64,000 nt of DNA, taken from assembly GCA_965217185.1 (NCBI GenBank), contig OZ244252.1, positions 2,592,001 through 2,656,000 of the forward strand, given 5' to 3'. Origin of the DNA: an uncultured Candidatus Entotheonella sp. Lineage in GTDB: Bacteria > Tectomicrobia > Entotheonellia > Entotheonellales > Entotheonellaceae. Positions 1-9,676 of the stretch are shown here, piece after piece. The notes under the pieces are model-generated. The model was not told where the DNA came from. It saw only the letters and a program-made list of their open reading frames with translations, and made no database searches. Numbering within the stretch: position 1 is the first letter of the stretch; every line of letters starts with the position of its first letter. Made by a program: the position numbers and the translations under genes.

Positions 1-2
1 GT

Positions 3-365
3 TTTTACAACGCCTTCTGGTTCCTGGTCGTCGGCTGTCTGTTCGTCCTCGTGAATCTCTTCGTCAGCAGCCTCATTCGCCCGGCCGACCCGCATGAAGA
101 AAAACTCCTGCCCTACGAGTGCGGCGAGGAATCCACCGGCACCGGTTTCGTACGCTTCAATCCCCGCTTCTACATCATCGGCCTCATTTTTCTCATTTTC
201 GACATTGAAACCGTATTCATCTTCCCCTGGGCCGTTATTCTCAAAGGCGCCGGCCCCTTCGTGCTCATCGAGATGGTGATCTTCCTGGCCATTCTGGTGG
301 TCGGATTGGTATACGCCTGGGGCAAGGGCGATCTGGAATGGATCAAACAGCCAACCCAGTGGTAA
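3..365 (+). CDS. nuoA: NADH-quinone oxidoreductase subunit A (5'-partial; frame open from window start)
   Basis: PYECG and FYIIGLIFLIFDIETVFIFPW motifs, ending KGDLEW; frame is open upstream of the called GTG (FYNAFWFLVVGCLFVL). Confidence 0.93.
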   Translation, partial: FYNAFWFLVVGCLFVLVNLFVSSLIRPADPHEEKLLPYECGEESTGTGFVRFNPRFYIIGLIFLIFDIETVFIFPWAVILKGAGPFVLIEMVIFLAILVVGLVYAWGKGDLEWIKQPTQW

Positions 366-409
366 GGCCGCGCGGCCTGATGACAACGACGTGACGTAAG
401 GAGAAGTGT

Positions 410-1492
410 GTGCTTGTCGGATGGGTGGCGTGGCTGATGCGCACGGTTGCCGAGTTTGTCCTGCCGTTCACGGCTTCCTGGAGTTGGATTCCGTGGTACA
501 CCATCGCCCTGCTGCACGTTGCTGCGGGCATGCTGGTGGTCATTTCCATTCTCACCATGTTTCTCGTCTGGCTGGAGCGCAAGGTGTCGGCTCACATGCA
601 GGACCGCCTGGGCCCAATGCGCGTCGGCGGCTGGCACGGCTGGGCGCAGTCCATCGCCGACGGTCTCAAGCTGCTGCTCAAGGAAGACATCATCCCGGCG
701 ATGGCCGATAAGACGGTGTTCAAAATTGCGCCGCTGCTGATTTTCGGGGCGACCTTCATGTCCTTCGTGGCCCTGCCGTTCAGTCAAAATCTCATCGTTT
801 CCAACCTGAATATCGGCGTTCTCTACATCTACGGCATCTCGACGGTAGTGGTCATCGGCATCATCATGGCGGGCTGGGCGTCCAACAACAAATGGTCGCT
901 GCTCGGTGCCATGCGGTCGGCAGCGCAGTTGGTGAGTTATGAAATTCCAGTCGGCCTGTCCTTGCTCGCCGGTGTGGTGATGGCAGGGTCGCTGAGCACG
1001 GTAGAAATCAGTCTGGCGCAGAGCGGCGGCGTCTGGAACTGGTTCATCTGGCGCTGCTTCCCGTTCGGCTTCCTTGCCGCCATCGCGCTTTACATCGGCG
1101 CCCTGGCGGAAACCAACCGCACGCCGTTCGACTTGGCAGAGGCCGAGTCGGAATTGGTGTCCGGCTACCACACCGAGTACAGCGGCTTCCGCTGGGCGCT
1201 CTTTTTTCTTGCCGAATACGCCAACATGTTCGTGGCCTGCGCCCTCGTCGTGGTGCTCTTCCTCGGCGGCTTCTCCGGCATCATCCCCATCGCCTTCGTG
1301 CCCGACGTCATCGCCGGCCCGTTCTGGTTCCTCTCGAAAACACTGTTCCTGGTCTTCGTGATGATGTGGATTCGCTGGACGCTACCACGCCTGCGCGTCG
1401 ACCAGCTCATGGGCCTGTGTTGGAAGTACCTGATCCCCATCGCCCTGGTCAATCTGGGAGCGATTGGCCTGTGGACATCCATGAGTTCATGA
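410..1492 (+). CDS. nuoH: NADH-quinone oxidoreductase subunit H
   Basis: WLERKV..MQDRLGP, ADGLKLLLKE, AETNRTPFDLAEAESELVSGYHTEYSG, WTLPRLRVDQ; AAGGAG SD upstream. Confidence 0.96.
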   Translation: MLVGWVAWLMRTVAEFVLPFTASWSWIPWYTIALLHVAAGMLVVISILTMFLVWLERKVSAHMQDRLGPMRVGGWHGWAQSIADGLKLLLKEDIIPAMADKTVFKIAPLLIFGATFMSFVALPFSQNLIVSNLNIGVLYIYGISTVVVIGIIMAGWASNNKWSLLGAMRSAAQLVSYEIPVGLSLLAGVVMAGSLSTVEISLAQSGGVWNWFIWRCFPFGFLAAIALYIGALAETNRTPFDLAEAESELVSGYHTEYSGFRWALFFLAEYANMFVACALVVVLFLGGFSGIIPIAFVPDVIAGPFWFLSKTLFLVFVMMWIRWTLPRLRVDQLMGLCWKYLIPIALVNLGAIGLWTSMSS

Positions 1493-1544
1493 CACCCGTG
1501 CCCGGCGCCCCTACAATCGGCCCGACCTTCCCTAGGAAGCAACC

Positions 1545-3122
1545 ATGGCGAAAAAGCTGACGATTGACGGCAAGGAAATTACCGCGCGGGACGACGCCAC
1601 CATTATCCAGGCGGCGCACGAGGCCGGTATCGTCATTCCCCACTATTGCTACCACCCCAAGCTCAGCGTTGCCGGCAACTGCCGCATGTGCCTGATCGAG
1701 TTCGAAGGCCGCCCCAAACTCGAAATCAGCTGCAATACCCCGGTGGCCGACGACATGGTCGTATACACCAACTCGCCGAAAGTCATCGAGGGCCGCCGCG
1801 GCGTGCTGGAATTCCTGCTCATCAACCACCCGCTCGACTGTCCCATCTGCGACCAGGCCGGCGAGTGCGGCTTGCAGGACTACTACATGTCATACGGCCT
1901 GTACCAGAGCCGTTTCCAGGAAGAAAAGGTGCACGGCCGCAAGGTGGTCGATTTCGGCCCCGACGTCGTCTTCGACTCCGAGCGCTGCATCCTGTGCACC
2001 CGCTGTGTGCGCTTCTGCGACGAGGTGACGCACACCAACGAGCTCGGCATCTTCGAGCGCGGCGACACCGCCCAGATCGCCACGTTTCCCGGCAAGCAAC
2101 TGGACAACCCGTACGCCGGTAATACGGTGGACATTTGCCCCGTCGGCGCCCTGACGAGCAAGGACTTCCGCTTCAAGATTCGGGTGTGGTTTCTGCAGGA
2201 AACGCCGTCGGTATGCCCGGGCTGCTCGCGCGGCTGCAACATCAACGTGCACCACCACGACGGCCGGGTGTACCGCCTGAAACCACGCCGCAACGATGAA
2301 GTCAATGACACCTGGATGTGCGACGCCGGACGCTTCGGATACAAGTCACTACACGAAAATCGGCTGCTGGAAGCCGCCGTGCGGGACGAAACGGGCGAGT
2401 TGGCCCCAGCCCCAATGCAAGAAGCTCTGGCGCACGCCGCTGACCTGCTGCGCGATCGCAATCCGGCCGCCATTGCGGTGCTCGCCGCTCCGCAAGGCAC
2501 CAATGAGGACTGCTATCTGTTGGCCAGACTGACCGCCGAGGTGCTGCCCGGATGTGGGGTCACCGTGACCGCCGGTGAGTCGGGGGATGAGGACGATTTT
2601 CTGCTGCGCGCCGACAAGAACCCCAATACCCGTGGCGCCCAGGACATGGGCCTGCCGACCCCCGCATCCCCGGACGATCTGGCGCAACTGGCCGCCGCCA
2701 TTGAAGCCGGCGAAATCGAAATGTTGATGGCCGTCGACGTTGATCTCAAGGCCGTCTTTGGAGCCGAGACCTTCGCGCGCCTGGCGGCAAAATTACAGGC
2801 TTTGATCGTACAGGGATCTGCCATGCACCCAGGTAGCGAGGCGGCGCAGGTGCTGCTACCGTCAGCCGCATACGTCGAACGCCACGGCACCTTCACCAAT
2901 TTTCAGGGCCGGATTCAGCGCATCAACGCCGCCTTTGCACCGCCGGGCGCCTCCCAACCGGCGTGGCGCATATACAGACGGCTTGCCAATCTGCTCGGCG
3001 CCGACTGGAATTACCCGAATCACGAAGCGGTTTGGGGAGACATCGCCGACACCGTTCCCGGTTACGGTGTCGATTACGCCGCCATCGGCGAACAGGGTTG
3101 CCTTATTTCCAGCGAGAGTTGA
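1545..3122 (+). CDS. nuoG: NADH-quinone oxidoreductase subunit G-like (short 525-aa form)
   Basis: CYHPKLSVAGNCRMC, HPLDCPICDQAGEC, CILCTRCVRFC..DICPVGAL, CPGCSRGC..MCD cluster motifs; C-terminal GTFTNFQGRIQ. Confidence 0.88.
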   Translation: MAKKLTIDGKEITARDDATIIQAAHEAGIVIPHYCYHPKLSVAGNCRMCLIEFEGRPKLEISCNTPVADDMVVYTNSPKVIEGRRGVLEFLLINHPLDCPICDQAGECGLQDYYMSYGLYQSRFQEEKVHGRKVVDFGPDVVFDSERCILCTRCVRFCDEVTHTNELGIFERGDTAQIATFPGKQLDNPYAGNTVDICPVGALTSKDFRFKIRVWFLQETPSVCPGCSRGCNINVHHHDGRVYRLKPRRNDEVNDTWMCDAGRFGYKSLHENRLLEAAVRDETGELAPAPMQEALAHAADLLRDRNPAAIAVLAAPQGTNEDCYLLARLTAEVLPGCGVTVTAGESGDEDDFLLRADKNPNTRGAQDMGLPTPASPDDLAQLAAAIEAGEIEMLMAVDVDLKAVFGAETFARLAAKLQALIVQGSAMHPGSEAAQVLLPSAAYVERHGTFTNFQGRIQRINAAFAPPGASQPAWRIYRRLANLLGADWNYPNHEAVWGDIADTVPGYGVDYAAIGEQGCLISSES

Positions 3123-3128
3123 CACACT

Positions 3129-3626
3129 ATGCGCAAGCTTACGTTCTGGCAGCGGCTCTACCTTCCTGAAATTTTGCGCGGCATGCTGGTCACGACGCGG
3201 CATTTCTGGATCAACGTGCTGCGGCAACGCCATACGGTCACACAGCAATACCCGGAAAAACCCACCTACGTGTCGGAGCGCTACCGCGGGCGCCACCGCC
3301 TGACGCGCAAAGAAGACGGCTCGCCGCGCTGCACCGCCTGCATGCTGTGCGCCACCTCGTGCCCGGCCTTGTGCATCCACATCGTCGCCGCCGAGCACAG
3401 CGACCCGACGGTGGAAAAACACCCGGCTTTCTTCACTATCGACGAACTACGCTGTGTGTTTTGCGGCCTTTGCGTCGAGGCCTGTCCGTGTGACGCCATC
3501 CGCATGGATACCGGCATCTTCGCCCTGGCCGCCGAGAAGCGCGAGAATTTCATCTACCCGCGCGAGTTGCTGCTGGGCGACGGCGTGCCCGAAAACATCG
3601 CCGAGGGCAAGGCACCCGCACATTAG
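3129..3626 (+). CDS. nuoI: NADH-quinone oxidoreductase subunit I
   Basis: QYPE..RYRGRH, CTACMLCATSCP and CVFCGLCVEACP 2x[4Fe-4S]. Confidence 0.93.
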   Translation: MRKLTFWQRLYLPEILRGMLVTTRHFWINVLRQRHTVTQQYPEKPTYVSERYRGRHRLTRKEDGSPRCTACMLCATSCPALCIHIVAAEHSDPTVEKHPAFFTIDELRCVFCGLCVEACPCDAIRMDTGIFALAAEKRENFIYPRELLLGDGVPENIAEGKAPAH

Positions 3627-3653
3627 GCGGCTGCCCGCCGAGAGGAAAACCGC

Positions 3654-5705
3654 ATGGTGCCGACACGCGAGATTTACGGCAATATCGTTGGCGGCGAATG
3701 GGTTTACGCTTTCATGGCGGTGTCCTTCGGTATTCTCGGCTGGGCGCTTTACCGGCGCTATTGCTTGTGGATGCAAGGCCGCGCGGAAGACCGCCTGACC
3801 GACGTATGGCGGCGCTGCAAGGCCATGCTGGTCTACGGCCTCGGGCAGCAAAAGACGCTGCGCGAATGGCCAGGGGTGTTGCATTTCTGCATGTACGCCG
3901 GCTTCGTGGTGCTGTTCATCGGCACCCTCATGGTGGCGGTACACGAAGACCTCGGCATCGAATTCCTGCACGGCCCCTTCTACCTCCTTTTTTCCCTCAC
4001 CCTGGACCTGTTCGGCCTGTTGTGCCTGGTCGGCGTGGCCGGCCTCACCTGGCGCCGCTACGTCATCCGGCCCAGTGGCCTGGACAATCGCCGCGAAGAT
4101 TTGATCGTGCTCGTGTGGTTCATCGCCGTGCTGCTCAGCGGCTTCGTGGTCGAGGGCGCCCGGATCGGCGGCACCGAATTGCAACAGCACCCCGGCTGGG
4201 CCGTCTGGTCGCCGGTGGGCGCGCTCATCGCCCTGGTGTTTGCCATTGTGGGTGTCGGCGAAAGCACGTTCCTTTTCTGGCATCGCGTGTGGTGGTGGAC
4301 CCACATGGTCATCACCTTCGGGTTCCTGACCTACATCGGCTTCTCCAAGCTCAGCCACCTCATCTTCTCCCCCGCCAACTTGTTTCTGCATAAATTCCGC
4401 GCCAACGGCGAACTGGCGCCGATCGCCAATCTGGACAAGGCGCTCGAAGGCGACGAAGAAGCCATGGCGAGCGTGCGCTTCGGCGCCGCCAGCCTGGCCG
4501 ATTTCACCTGGAAGCAACTGATGGACCTGGACGCCTGCACCCGCTGCGGGCGCTGCCAGGACAACTGCCCGGCGTGGTTGAGCGGCAAGCCGCTGTCGCC
4601 GAAATTCCTCATCCTTGACCTGCAGCGGCACATGAACGCCACGGCCGCAGCGGTGCTGCGCGGCGACGAGCCCGATGGCGTGTCGATGATCGGCGACGTC
4701 ATTTCGGAGGACGTGCTGTGGTCCTGCACCACCTGCCGCGCCTGCGAGGAAAACTGCCCGGTGGGTATCGAGCACATCGACACCATCGTCGACATGCGCC
4801 GCAACCTGGTGCTCGAACAGGGCCGCATGCCGGAGACCGCCGAGGCGGCGCTGCGCAGCCTGGAGCAACGCGGGCATCCGTGGCGCGGCACCCAGGAAAC
4901 CCGCACTAGTTGGACCGAGGGCCTCGACATCCCGTTCATCGCCGATCATCCCGACGCCGAATACCTCTTCTGGGTCGGTTGCACCGGCGCCCTCGTCGAG
5001 CGCAACGTCCAGGTCACCCGAGCTCTGGCCCGCATCCTCAAACGCGCCGGAGTCAGCTTCGCCATCCTTGGGCAGGACGAAACCTGCACGGGCGATCCGG
5101 CGCGCCGCCTGGGCAACGAATACCTCTTCCAACTGCTCGCTCAGCAAAACATCGCCACCCTGCAGGCCCACAACGTGCGCAAGATCGTCACCCACTGCCC
5201 GCACTGCTTCAATACCCTGAAGAACGAGTACCCGCAGTTCGGCGGCAACTTCGAAGTCATTCATCACAGCCAACTCATCGAACAATTGCTCGCCGCCGGC
5301 CGCATCAACCCCACCCAGGCCAGCCGCGACAAGGTGACCTACCACGACGCCTGTTATCTCGGACGGCACAATGGCGTGTTTGCCTCGCCCCGCCAAGCAT
5401 TGGGCGCCATCCCCGGCGTACAAATGCAGGAAATGCAGTGGAATCAACGCCGCGGGCTGTGCTGCGGTGCTGGCGGCGGGCACGCCTTCATGGAGATCAA
5501 CATCGGCCAGCGGGTGAATCACATCCGCACCGAGCAGGCCATCGAGACCGGCGCCGACGTGGTGGCCACCGGCTGCCCGTTCTGCATGCAGATGTTCGCT
5601 GACGGCGTAAAGGCGAAGGGCGTGGAGGAAACACTGCGGGTGCAGGACATCGCTGAGTTGGTCGCCGACTCGCTGCCGCCCGAGTCAGGGGAGACCTCGT
5701 CATGA
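3654..5705 (+). CDS. Membrane-bound Fe-S oxidoreductase (NarI-like TM domain + 2x[4Fe-4S] + two CCG domains; FadF/DUF224/EMO-like)
   Basis: N-terminal TM helices with His residues, CTRCGRCQDNCP, CTTCRACEENCP, WVGC..ETCTG..CPHC, YHDACYLGR..CCGAGGG..CPFC. Confidence 0.88.
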   Translation: MVPTREIYGNIVGGEWVYAFMAVSFGILGWALYRRYCLWMQGRAEDRLTDVWRRCKAMLVYGLGQQKTLREWPGVLHFCMYAGFVVLFIGTLMVAVHEDLGIEFLHGPFYLLFSLTLDLFGLLCLVGVAGLTWRRYVIRPSGLDNRREDLIVLVWFIAVLLSGFVVEGARIGGTELQQHPGWAVWSPVGALIALVFAIVGVGESTFLFWHRVWWWTHMVITFGFLTYIGFSKLSHLIFSPANLFLHKFRANGELAPIANLDKALEGDEEAMASVRFGAASLADFTWKQLMDLDACTRCGRCQDNCPAWLSGKPLSPKFLILDLQRHMNATAAAVLRGDEPDGVSMIGDVISEDVLWSCTTCRACEENCPVGIEHIDTIVDMRRNLVLEQGRMPETAEAALRSLEQRGHPWRGTQETRTSWTEGLDIPFIADHPDAEYLFWVGCTGALVERNVQVTRALARILKRAGVSFAILGQDETCTGDPARRLGNEYLFQLLAQQNIATLQAHNVRKIVTHCPHCFNTLKNEYPQFGGNFEVIHHSQLIEQLLAAGRINPTQASRDKVTYHDACYLGRHNGVFASPRQALGAIPGVQMQEMQWNQRRGLCCGAGGGHAFMEINIGQRVNHIRTEQAIETGADVVATGCPFCMQMFADGVKAKGVEETLRVQDIAELVADSLPPESGETSS

Positions 5706-6925
5706 CGACGCGGCTGGCAGACGGCCACCGTCCCATCTATCTCGATCACCACGCCACCACGCCACTCGACGGCGCTGTGCTGGATGCCATGATGCCGTAC
5801 CTCACCGACAAGTTCGGCAACGCCTCCAGTCGCACCCATGCCTATGGCTGGGAGGCCGAGGAAGCGGTGCACCAGGCACGCGAGCAGGTAGCCGCACTGA
5901 TCAACGCCAGGCCGGAGGAAATCGTCTTCACCAGCGGCGCTACCGAGTCGGACAACTTGGCGCTGAAGGGCGTCGCCCGCGCATACAGAGACCGAGGCAA
6001 CCACATCATCACCACCACAACCGAGCACCGCGCCATTCTGGACGCCTGTCAGGCGCTCGAAGCCGAGGGCTTCGACATCACCTACGTGCCGGTGGACAGC
6101 GGCGGCTTGGTCGACCCGGAGGACGTGCGCCGAGCCATTACGCCGCGCACCATCCTGATTTCGGTGATGTACGTCAACGCCGAGATCGGCACCATTGCTC
6201 CCCTTGCCGACGTCGGCGCCGTGGCGAAAGAGCACGGCCTGCTGTTTCACAGCGACGCGGTGCAGGGCGTCGGCAAAATCGCTTGCAACGTGGATGACCT
6301 GCGTGTCGATCTGATGTCCATTTCCGCCCATAAGATATACGGCCCCAAAGGAATCGGGGCGCTGTACGTCCGCAAAACGCACCCGGAACGGATTCGCCTG
6401 CACCCGATGATCGACGGCGGCGGACAGGAACGCGGGCTGCGCTCCGGCACCGCCAACGTCCCCGGCATCGTCGGTTTCGGCAAGGCGTGCGAGGTGTGCC
6501 AGGCGCAATGGGAGCCCGAGTCCATCCGCCTGCGCGGCCTGCGGCAGCGGCTGCACGACGGGCTGACGGCGCGCATCGACGACGTTGTTCTCAACGGCCA
6601 CCCCGAGCCGCGGCTGCCCGGCAATCTGAACGTCAGCTTCGCCTATGTGCAGGGCGAGTCGCTGCTGCTGAGCATGCAGCACGTCGCGGCGCTGTCGGCG
6701 GGCTCGGCCTGCTCGTCGGGCTCGAATGAGCCGTCCTACGTGCTGCGGGCCATCGGCCTCGACGACATGCTCGCCAACACCTCCATCCGCTTCGGCCTCG
6801 GGCGCTCCACGACGGCCGAGGAGATCGACATCGTGATCGATGCATTGGTGGAGAAAGTGGCGCGGTTGCGCGCGCTGTCACCCATGAGCAAAGGGGCAGC
6901 CATTCGGATCCGCGCCGGCTGCTAA
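5702..6925 (+). CDS. iscS: Cysteine desulfurase, type I (IscS/NifS)
   Basis: YLDHHATTP, FTSGATES, SAHKIYGPKG (PLP Lys), SAGSACSS catalytic Cys. Confidence 0.95.
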   Translation: MTTRLADGHRPIYLDHHATTPLDGAVLDAMMPYLTDKFGNASSRTHAYGWEAEEAVHQAREQVAALINARPEEIVFTSGATESDNLALKGVARAYRDRGNHIITTTTEHRAILDACQALEAEGFDITYVPVDSGGLVDPEDVRRAITPRTILISVMYVNAEIGTIAPLADVGAVAKEHGLLFHSDAVQGVGKIACNVDDLRVDLMSISAHKIYGPKGIGALYVRKTHPERIRLHPMIDGGGQERGLRSGTANVPGIVGFGKACEVCQAQWEPESIRLRGLRQRLHDGLTARIDDVVLNGHPEPRLPGNLNVSFAYVQGESLLLSMQHVAALSAGSACSSGSNEPSYVLRAIGLDDMLANTSIRFGLGRSTTAEEIDIVIDALVEKVARLRALSPMSKGAAIRIRAGC

Positions 6926-6960
6926 CCGCTGATCATTTCATAAATTAGACGCCCGCGGTC

Positions 6961-7875
6961 ATGGCCGACATTCACCAACCTCACGACAGGTTTTTCCGAG
7001 CCGTTTTCTCCGACGCCGGCGAGGCCGCCAGCCTGTTGCAGGCAGCACTGCCCGACACCGTCCGCAACAGCTTCGATTGGAGGACCCTGACCTTGGTCGA
7101 GGGCACCTTCATCGACGAGGACCTACGCGAAAGCCAGTCCGACCTGCTCTACGAGGTACAGCACACCAGCACCGGACAACCCGTGTCGATGTATATGCTC
7201 TTCGAGCACCAGTCGTCACCCGACCCGTGGATTCGCCTTCGGCTGCTGCGGTATTGCTGCCGCATCTGGGAAGGCGATCTGCGTGGCGGTCCAGACCGGC
7301 ACGAGTTGCGGCCTATCGTGCCGGTGGTATTCTATCAGGGCGAGCGCGGTTGGAATTATTCGACGGAGTTTGCCGATCTGTTTCCCGAAGCCGCACGCTC
7401 CTGGCCGTGGGTACCGCGGTTCACCCACGAACTGATGGACCAGACGACCCTGGAACCCGAGGCGGTCACCGGCGGCATCAAGGGCCGCATCGCCCAGTTA
7501 CTGATGATGGTCGCGTTCGGCCGCAACGTGGAAGCGGCACTGGACTGGGCGGCGCGCTGGGCTTTGTCACTGAGACAGGCCGGCAGCGGGGTCGATGAAC
7601 TCCGCCGATTCTTCGTGTACCTGATGGCGACACAGGAGTACGAGGTGATCGAGACGTTCAGGGAGGCGCTCAGACGCCATGGACTTGAGCGAGAAGGAGA
7701 GAGCATGACGTATGCGGAAGAACTCTTGGCGAAAGGGCGAACGGAAGCCCAAGTCGAAGCCGTGGAGGGTTTTTTGCGGGTCGGCGTGACGTGGGAGGTC
7801 ATTGAGGCCGCCACCGGGCTGACCGAAGCCGGCTTCCAGGCGCTCAAGGCACAGTTATCAGAGTCTGATTCGTAG
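6961..7875 (+). CDS. Rpn family (YhgA-like, Transposase_31) PD-(D/E)XK nuclease
   Basis: PHDRFFR, SDLLY, LFEHQS, PIVPVVFYQG motifs; C-terminal MTYAEEL..IEAATGL. Confidence 0.9.
   Translation: MADIHQPHDRFFRAVFSDAGEAASLLQAALPDTVRNSFDWRTLTLVEGTFIDEDLRESQSDLLYEVQHTSTGQPVSMYMLFEHQSSPDPWIRLRLLRYCCRIWEGDLRGGPDRHELRPIVPVVFYQGERGWNYSTEFADLFPEAARSWPWVPRFTHELMDQTTLEPEAVTGGIKGRIAQLLMMVAFGRNVEAALDWAARWALSLRQAGSGVDELRRFFVYLMATQEYEVIETFREALRRHGLEREGESMTYAEELLAKGRTEAQVEAVEGFLRVGVTWEVIEAATGLTEAGFQALKAQLSESDS
7705..7875 (+). CDS. Putative intragenic small protein (RpnS-type antitoxin), 56 aa, in frame with rpn
   Basis: AAGGAG at 7694-7699, then 5 nt, then in-frame ATG starting MTYAEELLAKG. Confidence 0.6.
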   Translation: MTYAEELLAKGRTEAQVEAVEGFLRVGVTWEVIEAATGLTEAGFQALKAQLSESDS

Positions 7876-8071
7876 GCTCTTCAGAATTCAGGCGTCATCG
7901 CAAGGATCACAAGGTCTGTATGCTGGAATTACTCTGGCGGCATTCATGCCGCGGGGCTCCGCTTTCGGCGTCGGGTGTACGTTTCGACGGCTTGAATTGA
8001 AAGACATTTTGTCACCCATCCGTTCACTCCCCTAGTCCCAGGGATTAGGCGGAGAAAGAGGGCTTATCGGA

Positions 8072-8995
8072 ATGGGCGGGAGTAGGAAGAATGGCGAAGG
8101 TCATCCTGTGGTGCTTCAGACACTTGTTGGAGCTGTGGTTGTGATGGCTGGGGGTGTGGTTGTGATGGTTGTCATGTTCCAACCGGCGATAATGGCGGAG
8201 GGTATGTTAGCTGGGAGATCATGGCTCGTTCTTGGCCTCCTTGGGATAGTCGTCTCGACCATAGCGGCGATAACCGCGGCAGCCGTGTCAACTAGGCGAG
8301 GAGAAAGGCGAAGAGAAGCAGAGGAGTTAGAACAACTTCAGAAGCACGAGCAAGAGCGGTTGAAGGCGGAATGGAAACGGACACGGGCGGAGGGTGAACG
8401 GAAGTGGGCGGAGGAGAAAAGGAGGCGAAACGCGGAAGAGCTAGCCCGCTTGCAGGAGGCAAGAAGACGGGAACAGGCAATTCAGTTGCGCGCCGAGGAA
8501 TGTATACGTGAGTTGGCCGAAATTGTACGCACCGCTTTCTTCATCGAAAATTGTCCTCGCTGCTATGAAAACGAGATGGCCCTAATTTCGATTAGTCCAA
8601 CTGCAAAGTCTATCGAATATGCCTGCACACACTGCGGGAAGAAGCTGCGTGCTGTTGCAAGTGGCCCGGATGCGCGGAAGGTCAAAAGGCTTGAAGGATC
8701 TATAGTCGGTGTGCTCGGCAAAGCATGGTTCAAGACAGCGATGGGTCACTATCGTTGTACTTTCTCAGCGCCGGAAGCCACATTGCCTTATGAACAAACG
8801 ACTAGAGAACCGATTACCGAGGTAATACGCGCGGAAGTCTGGCGCAGAGACAATGGCCGGTGTGTGCAATGCAGGAGCCGTGAAAAGCTGCAATTTGACC
8901 ATATCATCCCGGTGTCGAAAGGCGGGGCAACAACGGTCGCCAACCTCCAGTTGCTTTGCCAATCGTGCAATTTGTCCAAGGGTGCAAGAATCTGA
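8072..8995 (+). CDS. HNH endonuclease with two N-terminal TM helices, charged coiled coil and Zn-ribbon
   Basis: VWRRDNGRCVQC..FDHIIPVSKGG..NLQLLCQSCN; CPRC/CTHC; E/R/K-rich linker; AT-richer than flanks. Confidence 0.85.
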   Translation: MGGSRKNGEGHPVVLQTLVGAVVVMAGGVVVMVVMFQPAIMAEGMLAGRSWLVLGLLGIVVSTIAAITAAAVSTRRGERRREAEELEQLQKHEQERLKAEWKRTRAEGERKWAEEKRRRNAEELARLQEARRREQAIQLRAEECIRELAEIVRTAFFIENCPRCYENEMALISISPTAKSIEYACTHCGKKLRAVASGPDARKVKRLEGSIVGVLGKAWFKTAMGHYRCTFSAPEATLPYEQTTREPITEVIRAEVWRRDNGRCVQCRSREKLQFDHIIPVSKGGATTVANLQLLCQSCNLSKGARI

Positions 8996-9034
8996 ACTTA
9001 CTGAGCAGACCACGGCGGCATTGGAGCACCAACG

Positions 9035-9429
9035 ATGATCGAGAACCAGCGCTGGGCGGCCTTCGAGGCGCCCCGCAAGTCGCAAGCGGCGGCGTACCTG
9101 CTGTAGCTGCTGGGCGTCGTGGGGCGCACCGCTTCTACTTGGGCATGAAGCCCTCGGGGATCGGCATGGCGTGCTTGGCGTGCGTCGCCGGCGGCACGTT
9201 GGTGCTGGCCCCGCTGGACGCCAGTGATGAGGCGCTGTTGGCGGCCAGCGTCATGGGGGTAACGCTGGCCACTTGGGTGCTGCCGGACGTGTTCCGCATC
9301 CCCGGGTTCGTGCAGGACTACAACGACCGTCTGCACCGCTGGCTGAGCGGGGATGGTACACTGCCGCAGCGCAGGGGGTTGCTGCGTCACAGGCCGTTAG
9401 GCAGACGGCGCAGCGCGCCCGCGTGGTGA
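9035..9429 (+). pseudogene. TM2-domain membrane protein pseudogene
   Basis: KSQAAAYLL*LLGV / GAHRFYLG TM2 signature broken by TAG at 9104-9106 (expected TGG) and a frameshift near 9121. Confidence 0.75.
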
Positions 9430-9676
9430 TGCAACAGAGCGCGCGACCTTGAACGAAACGTGCGCCAAGCTGAAGCGACCCTTATGCGGGCTCCCACATG
9501 GGGGTTTGGCGTGTCAGGCCCTGCGGGGTACTGAGAAACCGCCTCGCAGGGCTGCATATATATCTGGTGCCGTGACGCAGGAACGCCCCAGGAGGCGAAG
9601 CCGCTGGGGCATTCAGAAGGGTGATGTTGCTACGCAACGCACGCAGCGAGGGGTAGTGTAGCACGAGGGAGACGAG

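Noticed and set aside
6961..7875. Rpn gene as an IS transposase
   Set aside because: No TIRs or target duplication seen; the family is a PD-(D/E)XK nuclease not shown to transpose
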